Shown: in pieces, positions 1 through 11,700 of the stretch | How the letters are laid out: each line of letters starts with the position of its first letter | Numbering within the stretch: position 1 is the stretch's first letter | DNA from: Clostridia bacterium | GTDB taxonomy: Bacteria; Bacillota; Clostridia; Christensenellales; UBA1242 | Direction: 5' to 3' | NCBI GenBank assembly: GCA_017625505.1 | Contig: JAGAKV010000002.1 | Location: forward strand, 3,287 to 67,286 | DNA: 64,000 bases | Program-made: the position numbers and the translations under genes | Notes under the pieces: model-generated | The model's input: the letters and a program-made list of their open reading frames with translations, nothing else | Databases searched by the model: none | Told to the model about the DNA's origin: nothing

Positions 1-1415
1 TTCTTTAATTTTACTTTTTTGTTTTTGTCGCTGACAAAATAAAGAGGAACTGGATTTGAAGTGTGAGAGGTGATTTTGTTTCCGTTTTTGTCAATCATGT
101 TTTCTGCGTTGCCGTGATCGGCTGTGATAATGCAATCTCCTCCGGTCATGAGTGTTGCAAGAGCGAGTGCGTAGGCATTTTTTTCTACGCAAGAAATTGC
201 TTGTTTTGTTGCTTCAAAATTGCCAGTGTGTCCAATCATGTCAGGGTTTGAATAGTTGACGAGAATGAAATCGTATTTGTTGGAAGCTATTGCGTCAAGT
301 GTTTCCATTGTTATTTCTTCTGCTCTCATTTTTGGATAATATGAAAAGTCTTGTGTGTCTATGCTTTCGATAAGCTTACGCTCTTCGCCTTTGTTTTGTT
401 CTTCAATTCCGCCGTTGAAGTAGAATGTAACATGCGCGTATTTGGTTGTCTCGGCAATATGATATTGTTTTAAGCCGTGTTGAGAGATGATCGCGGCCAG
501 TGAATCGTGTATTTTTTCTTCAGGATAGATTATGTTGAGTCTTGCGAAAGCCTCGCTGTACATCTTCATTGGTGAAAATAATAAGTTTGTGAATTTTTTA
601 ACCTCAAACGCTTTAAAGTCAGGATTTGTTAATGCGTTTGTTATTTCGATGGCTCTGTCGGCGCGAAAATTGAAAAAAATCACACTGTCGTTATCTTTGA
701 TTGTGCCGTCTTTGTCGAGGAGGGTTGGGAGGATAAATTCATCATATATTCCCTGTTTGTAATTATCGTTAATGATGCTAATTGCATCTTTTTCGCAAGA
801 ATTTTCGCCAAAAATCATCATATTATATGCTTTTTGTAGTCTTTCGTAACGTTTTTCGCGGTCCATTGTGTATACTCTGCCTGCAATCGATGCGATTTTG
901 TATGGCGTCCCAGCGAGCTTTTCTTGAAGTTTCTCAATGTATTTTATGCCACTATTAATTGGGGTGTCTCGTCCGTCGGTAATGGCATGAATATATAGCT
1001 TTGTAAGTCCTTGCTCTTTTGCTGTATCTATGATTGCGAACAAGTGGTTTATGTGTGAATGAACTCCGCCGTCTGATAAAAGGCCTAAAATGTGAAGCGA
1101 ACTGTTGTTTTCTTTGGCGTGACTGATGGCTTTTAAAAGTTGTGGATTTGTATGAAAAACTTTGTTTTTTATATCATGATTAATTTTTTCAAGGTCTTGC
1201 AATACGACTCTTCCGCTGCCAATAGTGAGGTGTCCGACTTCGCTGTTTCCCATTTGCCCTTTTGGTAAGCCAACATGTTCTCCACTTGCGTTGAGTGTGG
1301 TGTAAGGGTATTCTTTTTTTAGTTTGTCAAGGTGTGGTGTTCCGGCGGCTGCTATTGCATTTCCGAATTTGTGTTTATCTAGTCCAAAACCGTCTAGAAT
1401 AATAAGTGTAACCAT
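1..1415 (-). CDS. gpmI: 2,3-bisphosphoglycerate-independent phosphoglycerate mutase (5' ~471 codons; 3' end lies beyond the left edge)
   Basis: Not in the ORF track because there is no stop in the window. Reverse translation from the ATG at 1415-1413 reads MVTLIILDGFGLDKHKFGNAIAAAGTPHLDKLKKEYPYTTLNASGEHVGLPKGQMGNSEVGHLTIGSGRVV. This is the iPGM N-terminus with the GNSEVGH motif. SD caaaGGAGaaaacac lies directly upstream. Confidence 0.9.
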   Translation of the reverse strand, partial: MVTLIILDGFGLDKHKFGNAIAAAGTPHLDKLKKEYPYTTLNASGEHVGLPKGQMGNSEVGHLTIGSGRVVLQDLEKINHDIKNKVFHTNPQLLKAISHAKENNSSLHILGLLSDGGVHSHINHLFAIIDTAKEQGLTKLYIHAITDGRDTPINSGIKYIEKLQEKLAGTPYKIASIAGRVYTMDREKRYERLQKAYNMMIFGENSCEKDAISIINDNYKQGIYDEFILPTLLDKDGTIKDNDSVIFFNFRADRAIEITNALTNPDFKAFEVKKFTNLLFSPMKMYSEAFARLNIIYPEEKIHDSLAAIISQHGLKQYHIAETTKYAHVTFYFNGGIEEQNKGEERKLIESIDTQDFSYYPKMRAEEITMETLDAIASNKYDFILVNYSNPDMIGHTGNFEATKQAISCVEKNAYALALATLMTGGDCIITADHGNAENMIDKNGNKITSHTSNPVPLYFVSDKNKKVKLK

Positions 1416-1582
1416 GTGTTTTCTCCTTTGATAATATTGTAGTAAATTACGCAGAAAAAGTCAAATGAAAAATAGGCAAGAAAAAATCATTAATTGAGGA
1501 AATTAATGATTTTGGCATAATGAATAAAGGTATATAATTTTTGTCAAAAAAAAACAAATAAAAATATTTTTTGTATTATTAT

Positions 1583-1705
1583 ATTTTTTAATGATATTTA
1601 CTTAATTTTTAATTAAATTTTAATTTTTAATGAAATTTGTCGATTTATATTTAATTTTTATTTATTTTTAATGAAAAATGTTGATTTTTGTTTGAATTTT
1701 ATTAA
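1583..1705. repeat. three degenerate ~40-bp direct repeats in an AT-rich spacer
   Basis: Core TTTTTAATGA occurs at 1585-1594, 1624-1633 and 1665-1674 (spacing 39 and 41 bp). Units 2 and 3 align over about 40 nt. Confidence 0.45.
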
Positions 1706-1767
1706 TTTTAATTGTGTTTTATAAAAAATAGATAATATTTATTTTTATAGTTTTTCTTGGCTTATGA

Positions 1768-2478
1768 TTACATTTTGTCAAATAAATTATATCTTTCACT
1801 GTGTATTATGGCGTTGAAAATCTTTTCTTTACAGTTTGGGTATAGCTTGTTTAGCTGTTTAAGAATGTTTTTGGCGTTCTCTCTTTCGGTGTGTTTGTCG
1901 GCCGGGCAAACGTTATGAAGGATTGGCAAATCTTTACTTACGGATATAATATCTTCTTCGTCGCAAAAAATGAGAGGGCGAATCACGTGAAGATCGGTGT
2001 TTGACAAGTATGATTTTGGTTTAAAAGTTGACATTCTTCCTTCAAAGAAGAGGCTGATTAAAAAAGTTTCAAGCATATCATCTTTATGGTGTCCAAGTGC
2101 GACTTTGTTGCAACCGAGCGATTTTGCTGTGCTGTTTAGTATTCCTCTTCGCATATTTGCGCATAGTGAACAAGGATTTTTTTCTTTACGCACTTCAAAA
2201 ACCACTTCAAATACATTTGATGGAACAACTGTCAATGAAACTTGCAGTGATTCGCAGAATTGCTGTATTTGCGTGTAGTCATTTTTGCCGCCTGTCAAAT
2301 CAACAGCGACTGCTTCAAGTGAAAATTTTTTTGGAGAAAATTTTTGAAACCTTGCCAGTGCCGAAAGTAAGAGTAGGCTGTCTTTGCCCCCGGATATTCC
2401 TACACATATTTTGTCGTTTTCTTCGATAAGATTGTAAGTTTCGCACGCCTTTCGCAGTACTCCTAAAATTTTTTGCAT
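1768..2478 (-). CDS. ttcA: PP-loop ATPase, TtcA-family tRNA thiolation enzyme
   Basis: 236 aa. PP-loop GISGGKDSLLL plus Cys motifs CSLCANMRRG and VCPADKH. SD aaAGGAAttttaaaaa-ATG. TAA stop. Confidence 0.7.
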   Translation of the reverse strand: MQKILGVLRKACETYNLIEENDKICVGISGGKDSLLLLSALARFQKFSPKKFSLEAVAVDLTGGKNDYTQIQQFCESLQVSLTVVPSNVFEVVFEVRKEKNPCSLCANMRRGILNSTAKSLGCNKVALGHHKDDMLETFLISLFFEGRMSTFKPKSYLSNTDLHVIRPLIFCDEEDIISVSKDLPILHNVCPADKHTERENAKNILKQLNKLYPNCKEKIFNAIIHSERYNLFDKM

Positions 2479-2677
2479 TTTTTAAAATTCCTTTTATTTT
2501 TTAATAATTTTATCAAAAAATAGCAAAAAATGCAATAAAATAGCAAAAATAATTAAATTTTAATCAAAATATTTCGAATTAATAAACGGCGAAATTTTTA
2601 ATAAAAAAGAGTGTAAAAATAAGTTAAAAAAATATTTATTTATTATTTAATTAAATGCTATTTTGAGGCTATTTTGT

Positions 2678-2706
2678 TTGACTTTTTTTGTCATAAAATG
2701 TATAAT
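2678..2706 (+). promoter_or_regulatory. sigma-A type promoter of giant ORF 1
   Basis: TTGACT (2678-2683), 17-nt spacer, TATAAT (2701-2706), about 85 nt upstream of the ATG at 2792. Confidence 0.6.
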
Positions 2707-2791
2707 TTATTTAGATAAATTTATTATATAAATTTGTCGAATTTTATGTTTAATATTTGACAAAATTACAGATATTAAACGAGGAGGAATT

Positions 2792-5700
2792 ATGAAAAAG
2801 TTGTTCGTCGGACTTTTAAGTATATTTATGGTTTTAGGAGCATCGATTTTGTCGGCCTGTGGGCAACAAACTCCGCAGCTTCAAATTTATTATAATGAGC
2901 AGGCAGTCTCGGGGAGTATTCCTCTTGAGCTTGATAGTAGCGATCCGGAAGGTGGCTATATTTTGTTGTCTGCTGAACTGACTGGTGTGAGCGGCGGAGA
3001 AATTACAGCTTCTGCGGTAGGTGGATATGAGTCTGTCATTAAAGTGGAAGAAGAACGCTCTAACGGACAACGAAAATTTTTCAAAGTTACTGGACTTAGC
3101 GAAACGGATAATGGGCCTGCGGCTATAGTCTTCCGTGGTTCTCCAGGTGATGTTAGTCAATATGTGTATGTAGATGTTTTCTCTTATGTTTCTGCAATGA
3201 CACAAAAAGAAGATGAAACAGAAAATCAATTCCTCGTTTTAGGTGAAAAATATTTAATCGACGAAAAAGGTATTCACAGTGAAAGTGGAATCAATGACAT
3301 AACAGATGGACAACTTATTAAATTTTCTCCTTCTCAAAAATCAAGAAGAGCATTAAAATGGCAAATACAAAAGAAAAAAGCGGGCGGTGGATTTGAGCTT
3401 GTTGACGTGACAGAGTTTGTGCCCGATGAAAGTGTGATTGAAGAGGCTGCCGATGGCAAGCAGTATGTTCTATTGCAAGCAACTGATACTCTTGGCGCAC
3501 AAAATGCAACAACAACAGTTCGAATCGAAGTTTTAAACACTATTGCTTCTGAAGTTGAACTTGGGTGGAATTATGATCCTGCATCAGAGGTGTTTGATGA
3601 TATGGATGCAGATGGAAATGAGCTTGGCGTGAAGGATAATTCACATAAGCTTATTTCAAACATCTGGAAAAATGAACCAAAGTATATTGGATATGCTTGG
3701 GTGGGTTATGCTGGCACTGAACTTGAAATTACTCCAAATGTTTATAAGAAGATTGTTGAAAACGGTGCGGTGCGTTATGTTCGCCTAGCTGTTACTGAGG
3801 CTGAAAAGCTTGTGCAAAAAGATCAATCTTTGTGGCTTGAAAACAATCTGGTAATTTTGAAGGTGGGCAGCACTGCAAATTATACAATTTACAGTATTAA
3901 ATCAGCGACCTCAGAAAACGTGTCAGACTATCAAATTAGCTTCAATGTGGGGCATGTATCTTACAACTATGCGGGTAAGACGAAAAACATCTACATTGAT
4001 GTTATGGAAAAAGTAAATCAAGTGTCTGTATCGACTAAGGGGTATCTTGAAATTTTTGGTACTCCTGCGCTTGGAGAGGCTCCAAATGTTATTGTGGATG
4101 TTTATGATAACTATGCAACCATTGAAGGCGTTTCAAGAAGAGGAAATGGACAGTTGTTTAATGTTTCGCTTTCTCCAAATGTATTGGACGGGTCAAATAG
4201 ATATACAATTTCATACGATGCAACAAATGTTGTGTTGGATGGTGGAATCACAGAAGATGGCAGCACTCCAATAAAACTTTTCTATCGCGCTCCAAATGGA
4301 AATGTGGTAGAACTTGAAGTGGTAAATGAAGCTTCACTTTGGTATGTTGGAACACGAAATGCTGATGGCGGGATTGTCGCAACAGAGATTTCGGCTGGTG
4401 GCGGAATCTATATTCAAGCGTCAGACAAATTGAGATATCAAACAACTGAAAAACTTACCATAACTTTTACAAGTGTGGATAATGAAAATGCAGCAACTAC
4501 ATTTGGATTGAAACTGAAAAAGTCTGCGTCACAAGATGATTTTTCTGCAATGACAGAGCTTCAATTGGAATTTGATGAAGCAAGCAACGATTATAAGCTT
4601 GTGACTTACGGCCTTGATCCTGACGGTAACCCTGTGTATGCAGAGGTTGACGCCGCGCTTACAGGAAACCTTGTGATTGATAGTAGTGCGGAAGGAAAGG
4701 TGTATAGAAAGGCGTTCAAACTTTCTGGCCAAAGCAACATTTCCGACATCAAGCAAATCAACGGAATTGAAAATGTTGTCGTGAACAACTGGAAAGTTCT
4801 TGAATTTAGCAATGAAGTGAATAATGAGTATGTTATTTTCTCATTTGATGTTATTTTAAAACCATCTGCCTATGGAAAAACGCTTAAAGAGTTTTATTCG
4901 ATTGATCATGCAAACGGCAGCAGTACTGCATTTATTGACAATGCAACCCCTCCAGCATTAAGGGAAAGATTTACATTTGAAATTGTTTTACCTTTTACAG
5001 ATATCAACATCTATCCTGATATGGGTGAAAATCTTTCAAACTCAATTACTTCTGCTAAATACAGCCAAACGACAAACGACATTGAATATTTAATGCTTAA
5101 GAATAATACTGTAACACCAATTATTTTCTCGATGAAAGCAATTAATGGCAATTTGCCAAAGATTGACTACGCGAGTGTGAAATATTTAAGCTTTGAACAA
5201 TATCAAGCATTTGAAGGTGCGGAAAAGACAATACAAGACTTTATGAATCTGTATTACTCAAGTCAGGTAAGAGATTTAGAGTCTTTGACTTTGCATGATG
5301 CAATAAGTGACAACTTGTCTTCATTAAAGTTTGATGTTGATCTTGTTGGGACAAAAGGTGCAATTCTAACAAAAGGCGTAGGCTACGCATATGTTATCGT
5401 GTCATTTGGTGGACAGGATGAACATGGTGAGGAGCGCATTAAAACGAAAGTAATTTTGGTTGAAAGTTACAACGCACCAGAGCGGATGAGTGTTTCTCGT
5501 GATGCTGACAGAGAAGTTGAAGTTTATGCGATTGACAGCGTATCAAGCGAGCATGAACAATTAACATATAAAAATATTCAAATAGATTTTGATAATCCAA
5601 ACACAACGTATTGTGATGTTGAAAACATCAACATAAGAAGCATTGGAAATTCGCTTGATGCGAAATACCGAATTGATAGTGTGCAGGTTGGAAGTAGTGG

Positions 5701-8700
5701 ATTATCGTTTAAAATTACCGGCCTTACAACCGATGGCAGCAATGAAATTACTGACTCAATTGTTGTAGAATACATAATCAAAAAGGCTGTTGACGAAAAC
5801 AAAGATGGCATTATTGATCAAGATGAGTACGGTAGTGATCTTTATGAGACTGTTTATAAATTTGAAATAGCTCTTGCAATTACTGTAAAAAATGCACAAA
5901 GAATTGAAAGCGTAAAATGGACAAATGCTGACGCAGAGGGATTGTACTATCAGATTGGCTCTGATGAGCGTGATGCTTATTCAAGATATATAATTTTAGA
6001 GACAGCACCAACAAATGCTCAAAACTCTTCAATGCACGTGGTTATGACCGATAACATTGGAAATCCAGGTCTACAATTTGTTACTACAAACGACAGAATT
6101 GCAGAAAATACCATTGCTGTAAATTTAGATTCTGATGTAAAAGAAGGGCAAACAGGATATCTGTATATCCTTCCAGCAGATGCGGTATTTAATGGAAACT
6201 TAAAATATTATTATCAATCAGCAAAAGTTTCTGGAACCAAAATTCCATTTGATAGCGATGTGTTTAGTTCAACGGGAGAAGAAGTTGATGTCAATGTTGT
6301 GAATATTAAGATTTCAGAAATTGCACTTTACTATCAAGAGTTGATGACGTATGGATATTTCAAATCAAATAATATTGAAGGTGCTAAAAACGTTGCTTAT
6401 AAAGATGTGATTTTAAAAATCAAAGTTGAAGTTGCTGACGGTAGTAAAGAGCATCCATTTAGGGTCTTTAACGAAACGCAATTTAATGCAATACAAGATA
6501 ATCTTCACTATGTTGTTATGAACGATATTATTCTCACCGAAGAAAGATATCCTTTTGCAACATTTAGTGGTGGGCTTCAAGGTGTTACTCAAAACGTTAC
6601 AATCAAGTTGAATGGCTACAACTTTGCGGGAATACTTGAAGGCTCTATTGAAAATATTACGTTTATCGGAAATGTTGAAGGAAACGGATTTGTAGTTGAT
6701 GAAAACAAAGGAACGCTTTCCAACGTTCTTGTTGATACAAATGGAAATATGGCGAGCGTACTGACTGCTTCAGGTGTTGCAGGAGGGCTCGCTGGACAAA
6801 ACAGCGGAACAATCAGCGGCTGCGGCGTGCTTGGGCTTACTATTTCAGGAAGTGCAAATGTCGTTGGTGGGCTTGTTGGTAGCAATACTGGAAAGATTGA
6901 AAATTGTAGAGTAGAGTTTTACAACCTGCAAGTGGATGCTAATACATATGCTCCAAATACTATTAGCGGTACGAGTGTTGGCGCACTTGTTGGTCAAATG
7001 ACTGATGGAAGTATATATAGAGCGTTTGCTTATGACTATACGTTAAGCATGGCCAACAAAACAAATAGGGTGTTAATAGGAACTAACGTTGATCCTCTTG
7101 TTGAAACGCATACTGCAGGAAGAGTTGGTTATGTTTTCTCTGTTGTAGGCCTTAGCCAGACGAATGTGAATAACAACCTATTATTGGATTATTACTTAGG
7201 TTATTATAGCGGCGAAGTATATACCTTGACTAAAAAAGGAAGCAATTTTATTACTAGCGCTATGGAAGGCTTTGATGGAGAGATTAATGAAGGTCAACCA
7301 TATTTTCAAGATTTCCATCAAGAAAAAGCGATTTCTGCGGCGACTATTGATGGTTTGCAAATTAAAACAACCAAAGAGAATGGATATTACAAATCAATTC
7401 AAACTGACATTTTAGAAGGTGACATAATTGACGACAACAAGGGCATTCTTTTCTTCTATCAAACGGCAGTTGATAAGACTGACCTTTCTGCGGCAGAACA
7501 AGAGGATTTGGTAAAACTTAATACTATTTCAATTTCAGACCTTCTTGGAATCGGCGGGGATGCAAGTGGTATTATTGTTATTTCGTCAGATGAAAGAATT
7601 GTAAAAACAAAAGGCTCTTCAATAGAACTTTGCACCACTGGAAATGTTGATCTTACTATAAGCTCTAAGTATGATGTAAGCCTTAATAAAAAGATTAACA
7701 TCAAAGTTGTGTTGGCGATAACAAATATTTTGATCTCAAGAGTTGACGAAAATGGTCAAAATATTATGGTAGATGAAAACAAACACATCAACATTCAAAA
7801 AACAAAAGCTATTGATGTGACAGCATATCAGGCAAAGGATTATGTAAATCTTGGCAATCTCGCAAGAAAAATCAATCTTGTTACAAGTGAATTCGCTTTT
7901 GAATCAACCTCGGTTGCACAAGACGGCAATGACGACAACAAGATTAAGTCAACAAAAAATGGCAACATAATTAGGCTTGAGGCGGGAGAAAATTCTGTCA
8001 ACAGTAGGATTGAAGTTTATCCTCAAATGTTTACATCAGAAGATGATAAAATTTATCAAGATGCAATTTATAATGAATTTAAGCGTTCATTTATTGCAAA
8101 AGCAACTGAAGGACTTATTTCATTCAAACTTTCAGGAGAACAAATTCCTCTTACTCCATCAACAGTAAGCGAAATTAAAGCCAAAATTGAAACTACAGCT
8201 TTAAATGACACAGTTTATCCTGTAATACGACTGGATGGTCAGACAAAACCGATGGAAAGAAAGCTTGAAAGTGACAAATACGTTTATTATAATTCTTTAG
8301 GACAAAAGGTTCTAAGCGTATCACGTCAGCTTGTTTCAAGTACAGATTCGAAGCCTTATGTATATGAATACAAACTTATATTTGAAGTGCACAGCGAGTA
8401 CAAAAACAAAGTGGCAGATGACATGCGCTTTATTGTGTATTTGATGTCGGCAAGTGGAAGTTCATCTATGTCTTGGGGAGGAAGTTTTACTATCATTCTT
8501 TCAAGACAAACATTTACTAATATCGACGTCGCAAACATGAAAATAGATAGCATGATTATTGATGACGGAAGAGAAATTTATACAGTAAAAAAATATACAT
8601 CAACCCTTGCTCCAGGCAACTCTTCAATTCTTAAAGTAAATGTCAACCCTGAATATGCTTATTATGATTATGCTGAAATTTCTTACAGTGGTGCAAACGT

Positions 8701-11700
8701 TGCAAACGCTGTGAATATTGAGGCGGTTTCAGCGTATGCTGGTGGCAAATACGCAAGCCTTGATGCTGGCACCGGAACAACCGAACGGGTAGGCACAAAA
8801 CTTCGCTTTATTCCAGCAGTAAATTCGGAAACAAAAGATAATCTATACTTTAAGATTTGGATTAATACAACGGTTGATAGCGACACAACGCTTATGTTTA
8901 CAATTGCATTCTATCGCAATGGACAGGCTGAGGCGCTTGACTATGTAAACTACTATCTTGATGTTACTTATCTTGTAGAACCACAGGTGACTATCAATGG
9001 CCAAAGCATTGCATACATTGCAAAAGGATCTACAAGTCAAGTTAAGATTGAAGTGCTTGAAGATCAAAAACTTGAAACTCTTACTCTCTCTGGAGATGTC
9101 AATATTCAAGGAGTATCTCTCTCAAGTGTAAGTAAACCAGAGTTTGATCCAATTCGCAAAGTCAATGTCTATACAGCAACGCTCACTTGCGGAGTAAACG
9201 CGTCAACGGCAAACCGAAACAAATTCTATATTCAGGCAACCGTTTCAAGAGAAATGGATGGAGAGAAAGAATCTAAATCAACAATCGCTACTGCAGTTAT
9301 TGTTGACTTCAAGGTTGATGAAATTGCCATTGAAGGAGCAAATGATGGACAATTTACAGTTTGGCAGAACGTGTCAAAAAACTTCAATGTAGAATACAAC
9401 CTTCTACCAGAAAGTTATAAGATTACCAGTGATCAAACAATTGTAAATCAACTTATTGAAAATAAAGAGTTTTTCAAAACTTACCACTATTTCCCTGAAC
9501 GCGTTGATGTAAATAATGATTATCAAGCAGAATATTACATAAATTATGTAAAGAAAGACGGTGCGTGGGAACATCTTGATATAACAGATAGATTGTATGT
9601 GGTTACACCACAGAATAATCTTCCATATGATGATGCGACCTTGACACTTCCATTTACAATCACAAAATCAGCGAGTGGATCTATTCAGTTTAAAGGTACA
9701 CAAGCAAATGCGACGCCTGTGGAGATGATTCTTTATACATATTTGATTGCAGGCGGAATTCAAACAACAATTGAAACAAGATTTACTGTTGTTGTGAAAA
9801 CATATTCAGACCCTGATCTGCCTCTTCCAATCAAGACAGCAGAGGATTTCCTTAAGCTTGACCCTTCAAAGGAAAACATGGCTGAAACAATAGAACCACA
9901 TGACTATATTCTTGAAAATGACATCGTGCTTGAAAATTATATTCCTTTCAATACATCTCTTATCAGATCACTCGATGGAAATGGTTATACAATTTACATT
10001 AAGTCATTTGATTTAGAGACTCCATCTGCATTAAATTTAGCCCTCTTTACCGAAGTTACTTCGGTGGCGGCTACATCTACAGCAGAGGCAACTGATACTA
10101 CACTGAAAAACCTGCGAGTAAATTATTACAACGGCGGGCAACTTGTAATTGACATTTCAAGACATAAAGAAGTTAATATTGCCGGAATTGCCATTACAAA
10201 CAGCGGTGTAATAACAAACTGCGAAGTTGTGTCATTCTACGGCGAGCAACTTGCTGGAGAATCTATTGCTCAAGTATATGATGGAAATCAACCTCAGCCA
10301 AGCAGATTGCATTCAGCCGTAACAGGCTTTAATGTGTCTTACAGAGACGGAGCCAACACATCACAAGAAGCGCCACTTGCATTCAATAGTGACTGGAGCT
10401 CAAACATTGCAGGCTTTGTACTCAACAACGCAGGAAGCATTACAAATTCACGAGTGGGTGGTGACGAAGTATACTTGATTACAAGTGCATCAAGCACCAC
10501 AGGCGAGAAAAATGTAGACATTCAAGAGCTTGATAACTTCAGCATTGTTGGACAAGGAAATATTGCAGGCTTTGTTCTAAACAACAGCGGAGCAATTTCT
10601 TCCTCATTTGCTAAGAATATTGGCATCAAAAACAATTCAGCATCAACAAGCTTCTTCTCGGCAGGTTTTGTTGGACAAAACAGCTCAAATGCAAAGATTA
10701 TTACAAGCTACATCGAAGGTGTAAAATCATTTGGTGCAGGAGCGAGCGGCAAGAAATATAACTATGCAAACACAGGCTCATCCCTTCATTCGAATATGGG
10801 CGCGGTTGCTGGATTTATCTATCAAAATCAAGGACAAATTAAGGATTCTTATTCAAATATTCTCATTTCAAACTCTACAGACCTTGCGAAAGTTTACCTT
10901 GCATCTGGGTTTGTTTATGAAAATGAAGGATACCTTGAAAACTGCTACTCAGCATCTCAAGTGGCAAATGCAAACTACTCTCAAATGAACTTCTCAGGTG
11001 TAGATCAAAATGGTGATCTGCGCACTGTAGGAAATTATACAAACTGCTACTTCTTCAATGTAGATTTATATGTTGAAGAGGCGCAAGAGGTCGTTGATAC
11101 TTCAACAGAAACTCAATACAACACAGGCGCACTGCTCATCAGAAATCCAAGCATAGCATCAAGTTTCTATGGTTTTGCAATTGCAGAAACAGGAGATACT
11201 CACAAGGATGGAATTTGGGTAATTGATGAGACTTATGGCATCAAACTAGTAGAGCCTGATTATATTTCAGTTTCACATAGATATAAAAATTACATAGCTT
11301 CTGCTGACGGTGAAACCCCATCATTAAGCGAAGATATTGTGGATGAAAATGGCAACTTAGTTACTCTGAAATATATCCTTCCTTATGCAACGTTAGTTGT
11401 AGGCAACACAAAGAAGATTGACACTTCTCTTGGTGGCAGCAACAACCCAATTATTATTGCCGACGCACAAGATTGGCAAGATATTAGTGGTGCTTCAAAG
11501 TCATCGGTGATCAGCGAACACTTGCAAAACAACAATATTAGCGGCGTGTATAGGCTTGTAAGAGACATCGATTTATCACTTCTTAAGCAAGATCTTCTTT
11601 CGACAAGCAAGACATTCAGCGGTGCACTTTATGGAAACGGCTTTACAATAAGCGGAATTTCAATTTCACAATCAAACGAGGATGTTTTGGATAGCGATGT

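Noticed and set aside
63-762. Plus-strand ORFs 63-251 and 532-762.
   Set aside because: They are antisense to the partial gpmI gene, which reads through the whole region on the minus strand.
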